Shown one piece after another: positions 9,975 through 12,644 of a stretch of DNA of 12,644 bases. Under the pieces are notes generated by a model, which saw only the letters and a program-made list of their open reading frames with translations, was not told the DNA's origin and ran no database searches. The first letter of the stretch is position 1; each line of letters starts with the position of its first letter. The stretch spans positions 1 through 12,644 of the forward strand of contig JBHGNT010001047.1 in the NCBI GenBank assembly GCA_043228905.1. Reading direction: 5' to 3'. The position numbers and the translations under genes were made by a program. The stretch is from Azolla caroliniana (taxonomy: Eukaryota; Plantae; Polypodiophyta).

Positions 9975-11048
9975 ATGCCATCCACTCCCTGCAGAAGAAG
10001 CCCCACCATCGCCTCCCTCACCTTCCTCCTTCTCCATCTCTTCTTCTTCTTCTCTTCCTTCTCCGCCCGCAGAGTCCCCCGCCTCCTGTTCCTGGTCCCC
10101 ACTCCTCAGACCATCCTCACATACCACAATGGCCCCCTCCTCACCTCCCCTCACCCGATCAACCTCTACTTCATCTGGTATGGCTCCTTCTCTCCTGTTC
10201 AGAAATCCATCCTCTCCGACTTCGCCTCCTCATTCTCTGATCCTTCCGCTAATGGGAGCGCGCCTTCCGTGGCGTCGTGGTGGTCCATGGCCTCCGCTTA
10301 CACCGACGGATCGAACGCCAGCGTCTCCTCCAGGGTCGTGCTAGCGCCGCAGTCTGCGTCGGTGGCTTCGGCTTCAGGTTCGAGTTCGGCTTCGGCGGCT
10401 TCGGCTTCGAGTTCGGCTTCGGAGCCGGTGCTGAAGAAGGCGGACATAGAGGCGGTGGTGATGGAGAGGTTGAAGAAGGGGGAGCTCCCGCTGGACGAGA
10501 GCGGCTTGTATTTCGTCCTCACCAGTGAGGAGGTGAAGGTGGAGGAGTTCTGCATGAGCTCCTGCGGCTTCCACGACTCGGCGGCGGTGGAAGGTGGGGG
10601 GCCCAGCCAACGCCAGAGGGTGGCGTACGGGTGGGTGGGGAACCCGGGGAGGCAATGTCCGGGCTACTGCGCCTGGCCATTCGCGAAGGCGGAGTATGGG
10701 CCGCAAGGCCAGGAGGCGCTGGTGCCGCCCAACGGGGACGTGGGGGTGGAGGGAATGGTCATAAATATGGCCACCGTGCTGGGCGGCGCCGCCACCAACC
10801 CATTCCAAAACGGCGGCTACTACCAGGGTGACGCTAGGGCCCCGCTGGAGGCGGTGTCCGCCTGCGCCGGCATCTTTGGCGACGGCGCCTACCCGGGGAA
10901 CCCCGGTAGCCTCCTCAATGACCCCCCCGGACATAGCGGCGCCGCCTATAACGTCGCCGGCGCCAACGGCCGCCGCTTCCTTCTGCCCGCCATGTGGAGC
11001 CCCGCGTCCAAGCGCTGCACGCCGGTTAAGCCCCCGTCGCCTCGATGA
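9975..11048 (+). CDS. EXORDIUM-like / phosphate-induced protein 1 (PHI-1, Pfam Phi_1) secreted cell-wall protein, 357 aa, intronless
   Basis: N-terminal hydrophobic signal peptide (LTFLLLHLFFFFSSFSA). Family motifs in order: LTYHNGPLL, INLYFIWYGSFSPVQKSILSDF, PSVASWW, LYFVLTSEEVKVEEFCMSSCGFH, YGWVGNPGRQCPGYCAWPF, PPNGDVGVEGMVINMATVL..AATNPF, YYQGD..APLEAVSACAGIFG.GAYPG, YNV.GANGRRFLLPAMW.P...C. ATG context is AACCATGC, with a TATA box about 90 bp upstream. The specific paralogue (EXO vs EXL) cannot be assigned by eye. Confidence 0.97.
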   Translation: MPSTPCRRSPTIASLTFLLLHLFFFFSSFSARRVPRLLFLVPTPQTILTYHNGPLLTSPHPINLYFIWYGSFSPVQKSILSDFASSFSDPSANGSAPSVASWWSMASAYTDGSNASVSSRVVLAPQSASVASASGSSSASAASASSSASEPVLKKADIEAVVMERLKKGELPLDESGLYFVLTSEEVKVEEFCMSSCGFHDSAAVEGGGPSQRQRVAYGWVGNPGRQCPGYCAWPFAKAEYGPQGQEALVPPNGDVGVEGMVINMATVLGGAATNPFQNGGYYQGDARAPLEAVSACAGIFGDGAYPGNPGSLLNDPPGHSGAAYNVAGANGRRFLLPAMWSPASKRCTPVKPPSPR

Positions 11049-11165
11049 CAGACGGACGGACGGACGGCCCCGCCGTGTGAACGCGCCCTTACGTTCTGGA
11101 CCCCCATTCGCAAAGCAACTCGTTCTCGTGGGTGGTCGGAAGGAGGCCCCTCCTGGCCACCCGCC

Positions 11166-11300
11166 CCGCCACTTTGTGTGAAACCGCCCCGCCCGTTCCC
11201 GCCGCGCCGTGTGAAAACGCCCAGCTTTCCGCCACGTCGTGTGAAACCGGTCATCTCGACGTGGAAACCGCCCATCCTCTAGCCACGTCGTGTGAAACCA
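11166..11300. repeat. Degenerate direct-repeat array, consensus CCGCCACGTCGTGTGAAACCGCCC, about 5 units (plus an outlier at about 11070-11085)
   Basis: GTGTGAAA(C/A)C cores near 11176, 11209, 11239 and 11290, and a variant ACGTGGAAACC near 11259. Unit spacing is about 20-33 bp. Confidence 0.85.
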
Positions 11301-11341
11301 CACTGCCCATAATGTATAACCAAACCAATCATTACAACGTT

Positions 11342-11398
11342 CATCATCATCATCATCATCATCATTATTATTATTATTGCTATTATTATTATTATTAT
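11342..11398. repeat. Compound microsatellite (CAT)8(TAT)4TGC(TAT)6
   Basis: Read directly. It sits at the 3' edge of the GC-rich island. A (GACG)4 tract also lies at 11051-11066. Confidence 0.97.
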
Positions 11399-11829
11399 AA
11401 ATGGATAAAGACCGACTTTGTTCTTCTTCCTTCGTTTTTTTTACTGCTGCGCTACTATTTATTATTCGTTCCTTATCCATTACAAAAAAGAAGAAGAAAA
11501 AACACAAATGCGTTTCCTGTTTTAGAAATGAAAGGGGCAAAATAAAATGCGTACCCTTTATATTTTTTGTCATGTCATTATGTTCATTCTTTTGGCCTGT
11601 TTTTTTTCCTCTTTCCTCTTCACGTACATTATTCTTGTACATCTTTTCTTACAAAACATAAATGCGATTCAAATTTAAAATGACAACGTTTTTTGTGATC
11701 CCCAATTCATTCATTCTTTACGTTGCTTGGTAAGCTTTTTAGGACGACGAGAGTCGCAACTTCAACTACATGCAATTTTACGTGACAATGTTTCGAATTT
11801 GGTTTGTCTCCTTATAATTCTGCTCAGAA

Positions 11830-12603
11830 ATGTTCGCTTTTGGTTTGTCCGGTCATCTTGGAGTGCCCTCTCTTCGTCCCACCTCTCTTTTCTTGATTTA
11901 GATGGGGGATCTCAAGAGCTTAATTGGACGTTTTTTGGAAATCGGAGATTGACTATGATCTCAATAAATGATGCTTATCTCAAGTTGATTGATAAATGTA
12001 AGTGCATGGAAGAAAGGATTACAACGATGGGGTTTTCGTAAGTTCATTACCTGGTAGTTTCATGTGATGAAGGCAGGGTGGTGGTCTCGATTGATGTGAC
12101 GGGCGAAGGTATTCATTTGGAGAGTTATGGTTGGAGATTTACCAATGGGGGGATACATTAAAAAAAAAGAAACCTTTCTAGAGGAACATGTTTCTTTTGT
12201 TTGGTGGAATTGGAACATAGTAGGATGGTTTGGAGGTGTATCAAATTATTGTGGATGTCTCAAACTGGAGTAACCTTATCTTCCTTAACTTGGAATTTTG
12301 CACATATGGAGAACAATGAATCGATGGCTCATTTCCAAATTATTTTTGAGTTCTAGAGGTATTGGGGACTATGGTTCAATTGGAATGTGCAGAATGCCTT
12401 CACTTTTAATTCGCAAGTTGGGGTGAGAAAAAATGTTGTAGAGTTAAAAGGATTTCTTTTGTAGCAATTGACAGTGCTAGAGAAGTCACGAAATATCAAC
12501 CATGAAGAGAGAGAACTTTCCAAGGTCACATATCATCATATTCGTAAGGTCACAATGAAATTTGAATTGGTGTGTAGGGTGTCATTGAGTTTGTCGTCAT
12601 AGT
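11830..12603 (+). mobile_element. 5'-truncated L1-like LINE 3' end (zf-RVT zinc-finger region and C-terminus)
   Basis: ISINDAYLKL; AKVFIWRVMVGDLPMG (from 12103); GTCFFCLVELEHSR (CxxC..E.H, from 12183); MVWRCI; RYWGLWFNWNVQNAFTFN (cf. W.IW..RN..F, 12357-12410). In-frame stops are present. Confidence 0.82.
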
Positions 12604-12644
12604 AGAGTAGTATTTAGATTCCTAGAAGGGTTCTATACTTTGTT

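Noticed and set aside
9857-10831. Several short overlapping ORFs on both strands within the EXORDIUM gene
   Set aside because: Expected in stop-poor GC-rich sequence; low-complexity translations.
11166-11300. Repeat-plus-variable-linker array as a CRISPR array
   Set aside because: Repeats are degenerate, linkers are about 10 bp or less and irregular, there are no cas genes, and the context is eukaryotic with a spliceosomal intron.
11132-11545. 137-aa ORF with poly-His/poly-Tyr and repeated SCET motifs
   Set aside because: Translation of the (CAT)n(TAT)n microsatellite and the GTGTGAAAC array. It has a non-ATG start and low complexity.
10374-11642. 422-aa minus-strand ORF (longest in the track)
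   Set aside because: Antisense shadow of a GC-rich CDS plus translated microsatellites (poly-N/D) and the 3' repeat array (RFHT repeats). No recognisable domain.

Overview
Eukaryotic land-plant genomic DNA (possibly fern or lycophyte; this is a weak inference from the style of the transposon remnants). It is AT-rich and littered with decayed retroelements, around one GC/CpG-rich island at about 9590-11330. Two protein-coding genes are supported. (1) An intronless, secreted EXORDIUM/PHI-1-family gene at 9975-11048 (+). (2) A two-exon, 74-aa single-pass membrane microprotein gene at 2401-2486 + 2580-2718 (+), which the ORF track misses because it is spliced. The rest comprises an internally deleted Ty3/gypsy pol remnant (about 90-1420), two L1-like LINE remnants on + (about 4600-6450 and 11830-12600), a possible LINE endonuclease remnant on - (about 8040-8460), tandem repeats of 102, 30 and about 90 bp, and microsatellites. 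The most notable unexplained structures are a repeated GCCACGT-CGTGTG-AAAC module array (ABRE+BRRE-like) just downstream of the EXORDIUM stop codon and a Ser/Ala repeat expansion that appears to replace a conserved PHI-1 motif. I see no evidence for a prokaryote-type system such as CRISPR or an operon. All family assignments are by eye from remembered motifs; no database searches were run.
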